A program made the position numbers and the translations under genes. The notes beneath the pieces were generated by a model that saw only the letters and a list, made by a program, of their open reading frames with translations, ran no database searches and was not told the origin of the DNA. A stretch of 64,000 nucleotides of DNA from Hemiscyllium ocellatum (taxonomy: Eukaryota): assembly GCF_020745735.1 (NCBI RefSeq), contig NC_083445.1, positions 2,356,001 to 2,420,000 on the forward strand, in the 5' to 3' direction. Positions 24,168 to 36,516 of this stretch are shown in pieces (within the stretch, counting starts at the first letter, position 1; the number at the start of each line of letters is the position of its first letter).

Positions 24168-26618
24168 CATTTCAGACTGAGCTGAGGAGAGGTTTCTTCA
24201 AATCAATGGATGGTGAAGGTTCAGTAGCTGAATGTAGTCATGAAGCAGATTGTTCGAATTTTGGTCACGAGGGGAATTAAGAAAGAAATAGAGGACAGTG
24301 CAGGAATGTGGAATTGAAGAAAGGATCAGGCCATAATCATATTGAATAGTAGAATGGGCATTCAAAGTTGAACAGCTTCCTCCTGCACTCATCTCTTGAG
24401 TTTTTAATCTTGCTGAGAAATACACATTGAAACTTGAAGCTGGTTGGGGTGGGTGCAATGCAACGTAGTAATTGGTAGGAAAGGCATTGGAGAGCTGGAG
24501 GGAGAGAAGTCAGAGCATTAGAGTCATTAGGAAACACATTTCAAATACAAGAGCAACTCAAAGACCATGCTGTCAGTTGAGAAAAGAAACAAATGCTTTG
24601 CTATGTCAAACCAGAACTGGAGCAGATCCTTATCACTTCACAGAGAGAGAATGGAAAGACATAAAGATACAGGTTAGAAATGTAACAGCACAAATAAATC
24701 TGGACAGGTACAAAGGACTAACAGGAAATACATACTTCAGGTATTTCCAAAGAAGATTATGAGGTTTCTTGAAAATGTGAAACGCTGAGGCTATGGGAGA
24801 AAAGTACTCTGTGTTGAATGGCCTGTTTTCGCACTGGAACATTCCACTGACTAGAGACATCACCAGCGACTGAGCAGAGTTTAAACAAGAACCCAAAATT
24901 TCAAAGTCAACTCCTGAGAAAATAAGATCAACCTTTCAGCACTTGTATCATTGTGATGGATCGGACAGTGGTTTTAGCTTCCCCGACTAACACTTGACTC
25001 CCTGATTAATCAAAAACTGAATCTATTCAAGGCTGCACTGTATAATGAGCCAACATTCACTGCTCCCTGTGAAAGGGAAAGATTGACCAAACTCAGATTT
25101 CCCTCCTGCTTTAAACAGGAGAGCCTTTTATTTAAAAACTCTGTCCTGTAACTACCTCCTACCAACCCCAGCACATCAGTGTCTGCCCTGCCCTGCTGTG
25201 GGGACTAACACTATCCATCCTGATCACTCACTAGAGAGGACAGGGTCAGTCTATACAGACTGAAAGATTGACAACACTCCCCTGATTCCAGCTGAGAGAT
25301 GGAGCAGATTGTTGGACTGTGGCTCTCTCTCTGGTGAAGTACAGACAGAACCAGGTTTAATCTTCAGCAACACTAAACTATTTCGCCAAACCACACTTGG
25401 TTCGGTTTCAGGAACTATTGCTCAAAACTATTAAAATTAAACTATTGAACACCAGAAGCTGTCTCAGGAACACAGAGTGAGAACATTTCAGTTCAAAGTT
25501 CCAGATGACTAGTTCCCTGGGCTCTTTACGTAGATCACATGTAGTCATGGCTACACATGGTCACAGGGCTGCTGTAAAATGCAGCAGAATATTGCAAACA
25601 TCCCCTCATCCTGAAGGCACTGACTCATGGCAGCTGTTTAATACTGACCCTCACCCTTAGGTAAATGCTGGAGCTTTGCACAGAATCAGTGAGTTCTCAA
25701 AGCCTTGGAGCAGTCACAACATTGTCCTCATCCCCACAGACACGAGGAGAGGGAGCTGAACAAATGGTCCAGGTACCTTTCTTTCAGAGACCAGTAGCCC
25801 AGACCCAGGCCCCAGAGCTCCCCAGGCTGGAGGGCTGGACCGTGTGGTAGACACGGGCTTGTTGTGCTGTGAAAGCCTGGGCTCCAGAGGCTGGATGGGG
25901 ACGACGGCGAGAATGGAATGTTGCCTGACGCACAAATTAACTTTGAAGCTCACGTTTTCAGGTTGCACCAATCAGCAGGGATTATCAGGAACTTACATTG
26001 TTCAGCAAGAGATCAGGATCCAGCTGAGAATTGTACATTACAACATGATACAAACATCAGAATGAGAGCACGGGTGGGCCATCTCACCTCCACTGTCCCA
26101 CCTACGTCCTAATACCCTTCAATTCCCTTGTGAGTCAAGAATCTACGTCTACTTTCAAATTATTCATTGACTCCCCCCTCCACTGTTGTCCTGATCATGA
26201 CAAACCTATTATGATCAGGACAATTAATTCTAATCAGTGATCAATCTCCATTAATGAGTCTCTAACAGAACCAGACACCAGGGGAGGAAAACTCAGGGAC
26301 TAAGAGATCTGGGAACTGTAGACCCAAATAAACGCGTGCGCACACACACGCGCGCGCACGCACACACACACACACACACACACGAGACAGACAGAGTCAG
26401 ACAGAGACAAATAAACACACAGATGAGACAGAGAGAGACACACACACACACACACACACCATCCACCCACTTTGAGCCACACTACACAAACCATGTGAAA
26501 ACTCATATTACCAAAACACAGCATCCCACAACCTGCAGTGCCTGTTAAGATCAGCTATTATTTACTATAAAAACTATCCCCATTCCATCATCCCTCAAAC
26601 AAAAAATAATCAACTCAC

Positions 26619-26682
26619 CAACTCGTGCAGCATTAACGAGTGCCAGCGAGGAGAGGCTCCAAGGTTTCTGCAGCCTCTGCAT
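26619..26682 (-). CDS. CRB3: Tentative CRB3 first coding segment MQRLQKPWSLSSLALVNAARV (within exon 27015-26619)
   Basis: Acceptor ttttgtag| at 27015 and donor |gtgagt at 26618. Phase 1 fits the next exon and gives a 102-aa protein, but signal-peptide character is only moderate. Confidence 0.45.
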
Positions 26683-27361
26683 TGCAGCATCAACAGGCAC
26701 CAGGACAGAGACTCACTCCACTCTCACTCCACACCGAGCCCAGAGAAATTCGGCTTACACAGTCCTGGACATGGTGGAGTCTGGGGCTGGCACACGCACA
26801 CTTCACTTTTTTTCAGGTAGAAGATTCCCGAGATTGACTGCTGGAGCAGGGCTGCTGGTAAAGCCCCTGAGCTGGGCCGGTGGAGATACCGGTGATGCTG
26901 CACCCCAGGACAGGTCTCTGTCCCGCTGGGCGATGGGAGGTAGCTGCACGGTTATCCCCAAATCACATGGATCTCATCTTCTCAGATTGTGGTTTCCTCT
27001 GGGCTCCAAAAAATTCTACAAAACATTTAGAATCAAACATTTAATAAACATGGCAATTTTAAAAAATTATTTCACAGGGCATAGGCATCACTGGTTGCCT
27101 GTCCCTAATTACTCCTTGGACTGAGAGGGCAGTAGAGTCACCCAAGTTGCTGTGGGTCTGGAGTTACATGTAAACTAGACCAAATAAGGATGGCAGAGTT
27201 TCTTCCCTAAACCATGATGTTGCTGTAAAAACATATCGGGACATAGTCACAATTAGATTAACCTTTTCATTTCCAGATTGAATTGAAATTAAATCCCCTA
27301 ATGGGATTCAAACCTATGTTCCCAGAATATTAGCCCAGCATTTTGAGTTACTAGTGCATGA

Positions 27362-27640
27362 AGGGTGGCTCAGTGGTCAGCACTGCTGCCTCACAGTACC
27401 AGGGTCCCAGGTTCGATTCCAGCCTCAGGCAACAGTCTGTGTGGAGTTTACACATTCTCCCCACGTCTGTGTGGTTTTCCTCCAGGTAGTGCAGTTTACT
27501 CCCACAGCCTAAATATGTGGGAGGTTTGGTGGATTGGCCATGGGAAATTGCCCCGTTGTGTCCAGGGATGTGTAGGGTAGGTGGGTGTGCCATGGCGAAT
27601 GCAGGGATGGAGTGGGATGCTCTTCAGTATGGGCTGAATT
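27362..27640 (+). mobile_element. V-SINE (HE1-like)
   Basis: Box A GGTGGCTCAGTGG, box B GGTTCGATTCC, V-domain. Confidence 0.85.
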
Positions 27641-28969
27641 CCACTGTCAGAAATCTTCATATTGCCACCTTCTTCCCCTGCTGACTACCTTTAAATGTCA
27701 GGGAGGTCAGAGACTCTCCTCCTAATTAGTCTACAGGACCCTGCAGGAGAGGTGACTGGTCCAATTTACCAACATTCAAGGGCCTGATGGAAGGACCAGG
27801 GAATGTCAGAGAACAGCCTCTTGAAGATCCAGCTCAATATCACATCAAACTGCCAAACCACAGCAACACCAAGAGAACAAGGAGCTTGCAGAGTGTGGAG
27901 AAAGAACATGTGGAAAAAAAACATTGTCAGGTGCCAGTCCATTAACTTTAAGAAACAATTGAAATGCATTAAGCAAGCCCATGCCTGTGTCAGAATGACT
28001 CATTTACTTTCTGGCCATATCGCCTTAGTAATAAAAGAACAAAAAACTTGGAAACTGAATTTGGACATCTGAAGCAAGAAAAAACCCAGAATATGCTGCT
28101 GTTGAGAAACAGAGTCCCCCTAATCTCAGCAGCCAATACAATGAGGCAGAGTCACTGCTGGAACATTAGAATCACCACAGCCAATTTGCTCAAAGCAAGC
28201 TCCCACAGAGAGGCTGGACCAGCAGATTTTATTTGATTGATGATATATTGAGTGTTACAACAGACGGAATTCTATTGCGTTGCTTCCACGCAGTGCTCTG
28301 GGATCTTAAACAGGGAGGAGAGAAATGAAACCGAAAATGTGGAAATAGTTAAGGAGGAGAGTTATGAGAGAATTATTTGTCAGCTTCTGATGAAAGGTTA
28401 CCTTGACCTGAAACATTACCTTTGTCTCTCTCCCTGAACATTTCCTGCATTGTTTGGTTTTTATTCAAAGTGGCTAATTGTTCTGGTTCAGGCTGTTTAA
28501 CAAGGTGAGGCTTCACACCGAAATTCATACAGAGTGATTTCAGTGGCGATACCAGAGAGACACCCACCTCAGCGAGTGAGATAATCTCGCCACAGAACAA
28601 ACTACAGTTAAATGTTAAACGGTTACAAAACGAACATAAACTCAGTGTCAGGCAGTCCATGTGGCTGTCCAATGGAGAGGGAGACACAGCTATCGCTAAG
28701 TCACAGTCCATGAGTGTTCAAGGTTTGGGGGAGACACAGTGGCTCAGCAGTTAGCACTGCCGCCTCACAGTGCCAGGTCAGATGAATGGGCCATGCTAAA
28801 CTGCCCCTAGTGTTAGGGGCATTAGTCAGGGGAACTGTAGGGGAATGGGTCTGGGTGGGTTGCTCTTCAGAGGGTCTAGTCTAATCTAGCACCGAAACTG
28901 GCTCAATGTTCACCGTAAAACCCCTTGCAGACATACACAGTCACAATCCTCAAACCCTACCTATCACCC

Positions 28970-31370
28970 CACACACACACACACTCTGCCCTCACCACCC
29001 CCACCCACACACATACCACCGCCCTCCACCCGCCCCCCCCACACGCACATACACCTCCGCCCTCCACCCACACACATACCACCGCCCTCCGCCCTCCACC
29101 CACACACATACCACCGCCCTCCGCCCGCCCCCCCCACACACACACACACCTCCACCCGCCCCCCCACACACACACACCTCCACCCCCCCCCCCCCACACA
29201 CACACACACACACCTCCACCCGCCCGCCCCCCCCACACACACACACCTCCACCCGCCCCCCCCCACACACACACACACACACACACACCTCCACCCGCCC
29301 CCCCCACACACACACACCTCCACCCGCCCCCCCCACACACANNNNNNNNNNNNNNNNNNNNNNNNNNNNNNNNNNNNNNNNNNNNNNNNNNNNNNNNNNN
29401 NNNNNNNNNNNNNNNNNNNNNNNNNNNNNNNNNNNNNNNNNNNNNNNNNNNNNNNNNNNNNNNNNNNNNNNNNNNNNNNNNNNNNNNNNNNNNNNNNNNN
29501 NNNNNNNNNNNNNNNNNNNNNNNNNNNNNNNNNNNNNNNNNNNNNNNNNNNNNNNNNNNNNNNNNNNNNNNNNNNNNNNNNNNNNNNNNNNNNNNNNNNN
29601 NNNNNNNNNNNNNNNNNNNNNNNNNNNNNNNNNNNNNNNNNNNNNNNNNNNNNNNNNNNNNNNNNNNNNNNNNNNNNNNNNNNNNNNNNNNNNNNNNNNN
29701 NNNNNNNNNNNNNNNNNNNNNNNNNNNNNNNNNNNNNNNNNNNNNNNNNNNNNNNNNNNNNNNNNNNNNNNNNNNNNNNNNNNNNNNNNNNNNNNNNNNN
29801 NNNNNNNNNNNNNNNNNNNNNNNNNNNNNNNNNNNNNNNNNNNNNNNNNNNNNNNNNNNNNNNNNNNNNNNNNNNNNNNNNNNNNNNNNNNNNNNNNNNN
29901 NNNNNNNNNNNNNNNNNNNNNNNNNNNNNNNNNNNNNNNNNNNNNNNNNNNNNNNNNNNNNNNNNNNNNNNNNNNNNNNNNNNNNNNNNNNNNNNNNNNN
30001 NNNNNNNNNNNNNNNNNNNNNNNNNNNNNNCACACACACACCTCCACCTGCCCCCCCGAACACACACACACCTCCACCCGCCCCCCCCACACACACACAC
30101 ACACACACACCTCCACCCGCCCCCCCCCCACACACACACACCTCCGCCCGCCCCCCCCCACACACACACACCTCCACCCGCCCCCCCCACACACACACCT
30201 CCACCCGCCCCCCCCACACACACACACACACACACACACCTCCACCCCCCCCCCCCACACACACACACCTCCACCCCCCCCCCCCACACACACACACCTC
30301 CGCCCCACACACACACCTCCACCCCACACACATTCTCTCCCTCCTTCTCCCACACTGACCCCTCCCCCCATTCTCACCCACTCCCACACTGACCCCTCCC
30401 CCCATTCTCACCCACACCCACACTGACCCCTCCCCCCATTCTCACCCACACCCACACTGACCCCTCCCCCCATTCTCACCCACACCCACACTGACCCCTC
30501 CCCCATTCTCACCCACACCCACACTGACCCCTCCCCCATTCTCACCCACACTGACCCCTCCCCCCATTCTCACCCACACTGACCCCTCCCCCCATTCTCA
30601 CCCACACCCACACTGACCCCTCCCCCCATTCTCACCCACACCCACACTGACCCCTCCCCCCATTCTCACCCACACCCACACTGACCCCTCCCCCATTCTC
30701 ACCCACACCCACACTGACCCCTCCCCCCATTCTCACCCACACTGACCCCTCCCCCCATTCTCACCCACACTGACCCCTCCCCCCATTCTCACCCACACTG
30801 ACCCCTCCCCCCATTCTCACCCACACCCACACTGACCCCTCCCCCATTCTCACCCACACTGACCCCTCCCCCCATTCTCACCCACACTGACCCCTCCCCC
30901 CATTCTCACCCACACCCACACTGACCCCTCCCCCCATTCTCACCCACACCCACACTGACCCCTCCCCCCATTCTCACCCACACCCACACTGACCCCTCCC
31001 CCATTCTCACCCACACCCACACTGACCCCTCCCCCCATTCTCACCCACACCCACACTGACTCCCCCCATTCTCACCCACACCCACACTGACCCCTCCCCC
31101 CATTCTCACCCACACCCACACTGACCCCTCCCCCCATTCTCACCCACACCCACACTGACTCCCCCCATTCTCACCCACACCCACACTGACCCCCCCACAT
31201 TCTCACCCTCACACACACTGACCCCCCCACATTCTCACCCTCACACACACTGACCCCCCATTCTCACCCTCACACACACACTGACCTCCTCATATTCTCT
31301 CCCTCACACACACACACACACTGACCGCCCCCCCCCCCCCCATTCTCGCCCTCACACACACACACACAAA
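28970..31370. repeat. C/A-rich minisatellites ((CA)nCCTCCACCCGCCCCCC, then about 34-bp CACACTGACCCCTCCCCCCATTCTCACCCACACC)
   Basis: Direct; spans the assembly gap. Confidence 0.95.
29342..30030. other. Assembly gap (689 N)
   Basis: Run of N. Confidence 1.
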
Positions 31371-31722
31371 ACACCGGTCCCGAGAACAGCAAATTACTGC
31401 AACTGCTGGAAATCTGTAAAAGAGAACCAGAAATTGCTGGAGAAACCCAGCAGCAACACTGGGGGAGAAAACAAGGCTGACCAGGCGGTTTTCAATTGTG
31501 TTCCCATTATCCAGACAGGAACAGAACTCACCACCCTGAGAAAGACAGACTGAGCACAGAGACCTCTCACTCACACACAGTAAGTGCAGAGTCCCCTCAT
31601 TCCTGTCCACAGACACAGATACACACTCTCTCTGCCTGTCTCTCTCTAAGATGGGCCGCGCTACATTCATTAATTTAAGGTAACTGTTCGACCTGAACCG
31701 CACTCTCAATCCTGACCCTTAC

Positions 31723-31970
31723 CGTCACAGAACATCGGAGGTAGTTAAACAAACGGTCGGAAGGGCACCTTGGTTTTATAAAAGCTGCTGGTTTGGTTCA
31801 GGTTCCAGGGGCGGTGCACGCAGTGAGGTTCCTGATTTCCAGGTAAACCCAGTTCCTGCTCCTGTGGAACATTCCCTGCAGGGCTCAGGGCAGGACAGGC
31901 TGCAGTTTGTGCTGGAGTTATCAGGTTTCACTCTGCCCGAGGCCCCACCTCCGATTGCAACACCTGAACC
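31723..31970 (-). promoter_or_regulatory. CRB3: Putative CRB3 TATA promoter and short non-coding first exon
   Basis: TATAAAA (-) at 31780-31774, GC box GGGGCGG near 31808, CpG-richer sequence, donor ACG|gtaagg at 31723/31722. Confidence 0.55.
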
Positions 31971-32004
31971 GTCAGGAACTCAGCTCAGGATCCACGGATC
32001 GACC

Positions 32005-32335
32005 ATGAATCTGCACTGGGAGAGATGCCATAACAAATACTCCCAATGAATCTGCACTGGGGGATCCCATAGCAAATACTCCCAGTGAATCTGCACTGGG
32101 GGATCCCATAGCAAATACTCCCAGTGAATCTGCACTGGGGGATCCCATAGCAAATACTCCCAGTGAATCTGCACTGGGGGATCCCATAGCAAATACCCCC
32201 AGTCAATATACACTGGGGGGATCCCACAGCATCCTCTCCCAGTGAATATACAGTGGGGGGATACCACAACATATACTCCCAGTGAATATACACTGGGAGG
32301 GATTCCACAGCAAATACTCCCAGTGAATATACACG
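32005..32335. repeat. 39-bp tandem repeat TGAATCTGCACTGGGGGATCCCATAGCAAATACTCCCAG (about 8 copies)
   Basis: Direct; units diverge toward the right. Confidence 0.92.
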
Positions 32336-35300
32336 CCAGTTACTAAAGCAGTTCTGTACAGTCCTTCCCCCAGTTACTAAAGCAGTTCTGTATAGTCCTT
32401 TCCCAGTTTCTAAAGCAGTTCTGTACAGTCCTTCGCCCAGTTATTAAAGCAGTTCTGTACAGTCCTTCCCCAGTTACTAAAGCAGTTCTGTACAGTCCTT
32501 CCCCAGTTTCTAAAGCAGTTCTGTACAGTCCTTCCCCCAGTTACTAAAGCAGTTCTGTATAGTCCATTCCCCAGTTTCTAAAGCAGTTCTGGACAGTCCT
32601 TCGCCCAGTTATTAAAGCAGTTCTGTACAGTCCTTTCCCAGTTACTAAAGCAGTTCTGTACAGTCCTTCCCCCAGTTACTAAAGCAGTTCTGTACAATCC
32701 TTTCCCAGTTTCTAAAGCAGTTCTGTACAGTCCCAGTTAACTAAAGCAGTTCTGTATAGTCCTTTCCCCAGTTTCTAAAGCAGTTCTGTACAGTCCTTTC
32801 CCAGTTTCTAAAGCAGTTCTGTACAGTCCCAGTTAACTAAAGCAGTTCTGTATAGTCCTTCCCCCAGTTTCTAAAGCAGTTCTGTACAGTCCTTTCCCAG
32901 TTTCTAAAGCAGTTCTGTACAGTCCTTTCCCAGTTTCTAAAGCAGTTCTGTACAGTCCCAGTTAACTAAAGCAGTTCTGTACGGTCCTTTCCCAGTTACT
33001 AAAGCAGTTCTGTACAGTCCTTCCCCCAGTTATTAAAGCAGTTCTGTACAATCCTTTCCCAGTTTCTAAAGCAGTTCTGTACAGTCCCAGTTAACTAAAG
33101 CAGTTCTGTACAGTCCTTCCCCCAGTTACTAAAGCAGTTCTGTACAGTCCTTTCCCCAGTTACTAAAGCAGTTCTGTACAGTCCTTTCCCAGTTACTAAA
33201 GCAGTTCTGTACAGTCCTTCCCCAGTTACTAAAGCAGTTCTGTACAGTCCTTCCCCCAGTTACTAAAGCAGTTCTGTACAGTCCTTTCCCAGTTACTAAA
33301 GCAGTTCTGTACAGTCCTTCCCCCAGTTACTAAAGCAGTTCTGTACAGTCCTTCCCCAGTTACTAAAGCAGTTCTGTACAGTCCTTCTCCAGTTACTAAA
33401 GCAGTTCTGTACAGTCCTTCCCCCAGTTACTAAAGCAGTTCTGTGCAGTCCTTTCCCAGTTACTAAAGCAGTTCTGTACAGTCCTTCCCCCAGTTACTAA
33501 AGCAGTTCTGTACAGTCCTTCCCCCAGTTACTAAAGCAGTTCTGTACAGTCCTTTCCCAGTTACTAAAGCAGTTCTGTACAGTCCTTCCCCCAGTTACTA
33601 AAGCAGTTCTGTACAGTCCTTTCCCCAGTGTCTAAAGCAGTTCTGTACAGTCCTTCCCCCAGTTTCTAAAGCAGTTCTGTATAGTCCATTCCCCAGTTTC
33701 TAAAGCAGTTCTGTACAGTCCATTCCCCAGTTTCTAAAGCAGTTCTGTACAGTCCTTCGCCCAGTTACTAAAGCAGTTCTGTACAGTCCTTCCCCAGTTT
33801 CTAAAGCCGTTCTGTATAGTCCATTCCCCAGTTTCTAAAGCAGTTCTGTACAGTCCTTTCCCCAGTTACTAAAGCAGTTCTGTACAGTCCTTCCCCAGTT
33901 TCTAAAGCAGTTCTGTACAGTCCTTCGCCCAGTTACTAAAGCAGTTCTGTACAGTCCATCCCCCAGTTACTAAAGCAGTTCTGTATAGTCCATTCCCCAG
34001 TTTCTAAAGCAGTTCTGTACAGTCCTTTCCCCAGTTTCTAAAGCAGTTGTGTACAGTCCTTCCCCCAGTTACTAAAGCAGTTGTGTACAGTCCTTCCCCC
34101 AGTTACTAAAGCAGTTCTGTATAGTCCATTCCCCAGTTACTAAAGCAGTTCTGTACAGTCCTTCCCCCAGTTACTAAAGCAGTTCTGTACAGTCCTTTCC
34201 CAGTTTCTAAAGCAGTTCTGTACAGTCCTTCCCCCAGTTACTAAAGCAGTTCTGTACAGTTCTTTCCCCAGTTTCTAAAGCAGTTCTGTACAGTCCTTCC
34301 CCCAGTTACTAAAGCAGTTCTGTACAGTCCTTTCCCCAGTTTCTAAAGCAGTTCTGTACAGTCCTTCCCCCAGTTACTAAAGCAGTTCTGTACAGTCCTT
34401 CCCCCAGTTAACTAAAGCAGTTCTGTACAGTCCTTTCCCCAGTTTCTAAAGCAGTTCTGTACAGTCCTTCCCCCAGTTACTAAAGCTGTTCTGTACAGTC
34501 CTTTCCCCAGTTTCTAAAGCAGTTCTGTACAGTCCTTCCCCCAGTTACTAAAGCAGTTCTGTACAGTCCTTCCCCCAGTTAACTAAAGCAGTTCTGTACA
34601 GTCCTTTCCCCAGTTTCTAAAGCAGTTCTGTACAGTCCTTTCCCCCAGTTACTAAAGCAGTTCTGTACAGTCCTCTCCCCAGTTTCTAAAGCAGTTCTGT
34701 ACAGTCCTTCCCCCAGTTACTAAAGCAGTTCTGTACAGTCCATTCCCCAGTTACTAAAGCAGTTCTGTACAGTCCTTCCCCCAGTTACTAAAGCAGTTCT
34801 GTACAGTCCTTCCCCCAGTTACTAAAGCAGTTCTGTATAGTCCATTCCCCAGTTACTAAAGCAGTTCTGTACAGTCCTTTCCCCAGTTTCTAAAGCAGTT
34901 CTGTACAGTCCTTCCCCAGTTACTAAAGCAGTTGTGTACAGTCCTTCCCCCAGTTACTAAAGCAGTTCTGTACAGTCCTTCCCCAGTTACTAAAGCAGTT
35001 CTGTATAGTCCATTCCCCAGTTACTAAAGCAGTTCTGTATAGTCCATTCCCCAGTTACTAAAGCAGTTCTGTACAGTCCTTCCCCAGTTACTAAAGCAGT
35101 TCTGTGCAGTCCTTCCCCCAGTTACTAAAGCAGTTCTGTACAGTCCTTCCCCCAGTTACTAAAGCAGTTCTGTACAGTCCTTCCCCCAGTTACTAAAGCA
35201 GTTCTGTACAGTCCTTCCCCCAGTTACTAAAGCAGTTCTGTGCAGTCCTTCCCCAGTTACTAAAGCAGTTGTGTACAGTCCTTCCCCAGTTACTAAAGCA

Positions 35301-35925
35301 GTTCTGTACAGTCCTTCCCCCAGTTACTAAAGCAGTTCTGTGCAGTCCTTCCCCAGTTACTAAAGCAGTTCTGTACAGTCCTTCCCCCAGTTACTAAAGC
35401 AGTTCTGTACAGTACTTCCCCAGTTACTAAAGCAGTTCTGTGCAGTCCTTCCCCCAGTTACTAAAGCAGTTCTGTACAGTCCTTCCCCCAGTTACTAAAG
35501 CAGTTCTGTGCAGTCCTTCCCCAGTTACTAAAGCAGTTCTGTACAGTCCTTCCCCCAGTTACTAAAGCAGTTCTGTACAGTCCTTCCCCCAGTTACTAAA
35601 GCAGTTCTGTGCAGTCCTTTCCCAGTTACTAAAGCAGTCCTGTACAGTCCTTCCCCCAGTTACTAAAGCAGTTCTGTACAGTCCTTCCCCAGTTACTAAA
35701 GCAGTTCTGTACAGTCCTTCCCCCAGTTACTAAAGCAGTTCTGTACAGTCCTTCCCCAGTTACTAAAGCAGTTCTGTACAGTCCTTCCCCAGTTACTAAA
35801 GCAGTTCTGTACAGTCCTTCCACCAGTTACTAAAGCAGTTCTGTGCAGTCCTTCCCCAGTTACTAAAGCAGTTCTGTGCAGTCCTTCCCCCAGTTACTAA
35901 AGCAGTTCTGTACAGTCCTTCCCCA
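32336..35925. repeat. 33-35-bp satellite CCAGTTACTAAAGCAGTTCTGTACAGTCCTTCCC (about 105 copies)
   Basis: Highly homogeneous 3.6-kb array. Confidence 0.98.
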
Positions 35926-36516
35926 GGGGATAGTCAGTTTTGTTTTCCTGTGTGATAGTGGAGATGAGCCTCCCAGGGCTCTATACTGAACAAAACCCTG
36001 TGACTCTGGAGGGTGGGGGCTTGAGGAATTTGTAGCCAGGGTTGGGCTGATACATATCTATAATTTTCAACTTTATTGTAAGGCCAAAGTGCCCTAAGAC
36101 TACGTGAACATGAAGCACAAGAATTTCCCCCGGGGGTGGGTGTACTGTGAGAGTCACTTCTGATCATGAGTTCACTGTTCATTAACCTTTGATCACATCC
36201 TGAGCCTTTGCAGTGTGAAGTTGTTGCCTGTCCTGAATTGTGTGTACTCTGGGACCTTTGAGTGTGCACTGGCCGTTTTGATGAAAAGATGGGTAAATAG
36301 AAACAGAGTTATGAGAAATATGGAAGGATTCAGAACCCCAGCAAGGAGCATACCAACACCAGTGAAACTGTAACCTCATGAAATACTATCCAAATTTTAA
36401 CCATCCATTCCATCTCTGTGAATATGTTGTTGTATCCTGAATCCTAAATTGTGTAGATTTAACTTTCCAAACACACACTGAGCCTGCCATAGTGTTAAGG
36501 TTTTGCCTGGGGAGGA

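Noticed and set aside
24736-24913. Exon-like 178-nt minus segment (VDFEILGSCLNSAQ...)
   Set aside because: Plausible splice sites, but it ends in phase 2, is incompatible with the phase-1 CRB3 exon, and has no recognised homology.
25777-25924. Exon-like minus segment in a CRB3 intron
   Set aside because: No frame gives a signal peptide or a phase-1 end; unsupported without RNA data.
28906-30426. 460-500 aa His/Pro/Thr or Gly/Val/Cys ORFs
   Set aside because: Low-complexity repeat read through an N gap.
32005-35925. CRISPR-like arrays of 33-39 bp palindromic repeats
   Set aside because: Head-to-tail units with no unique spacers, no cas genes, vertebrate context.
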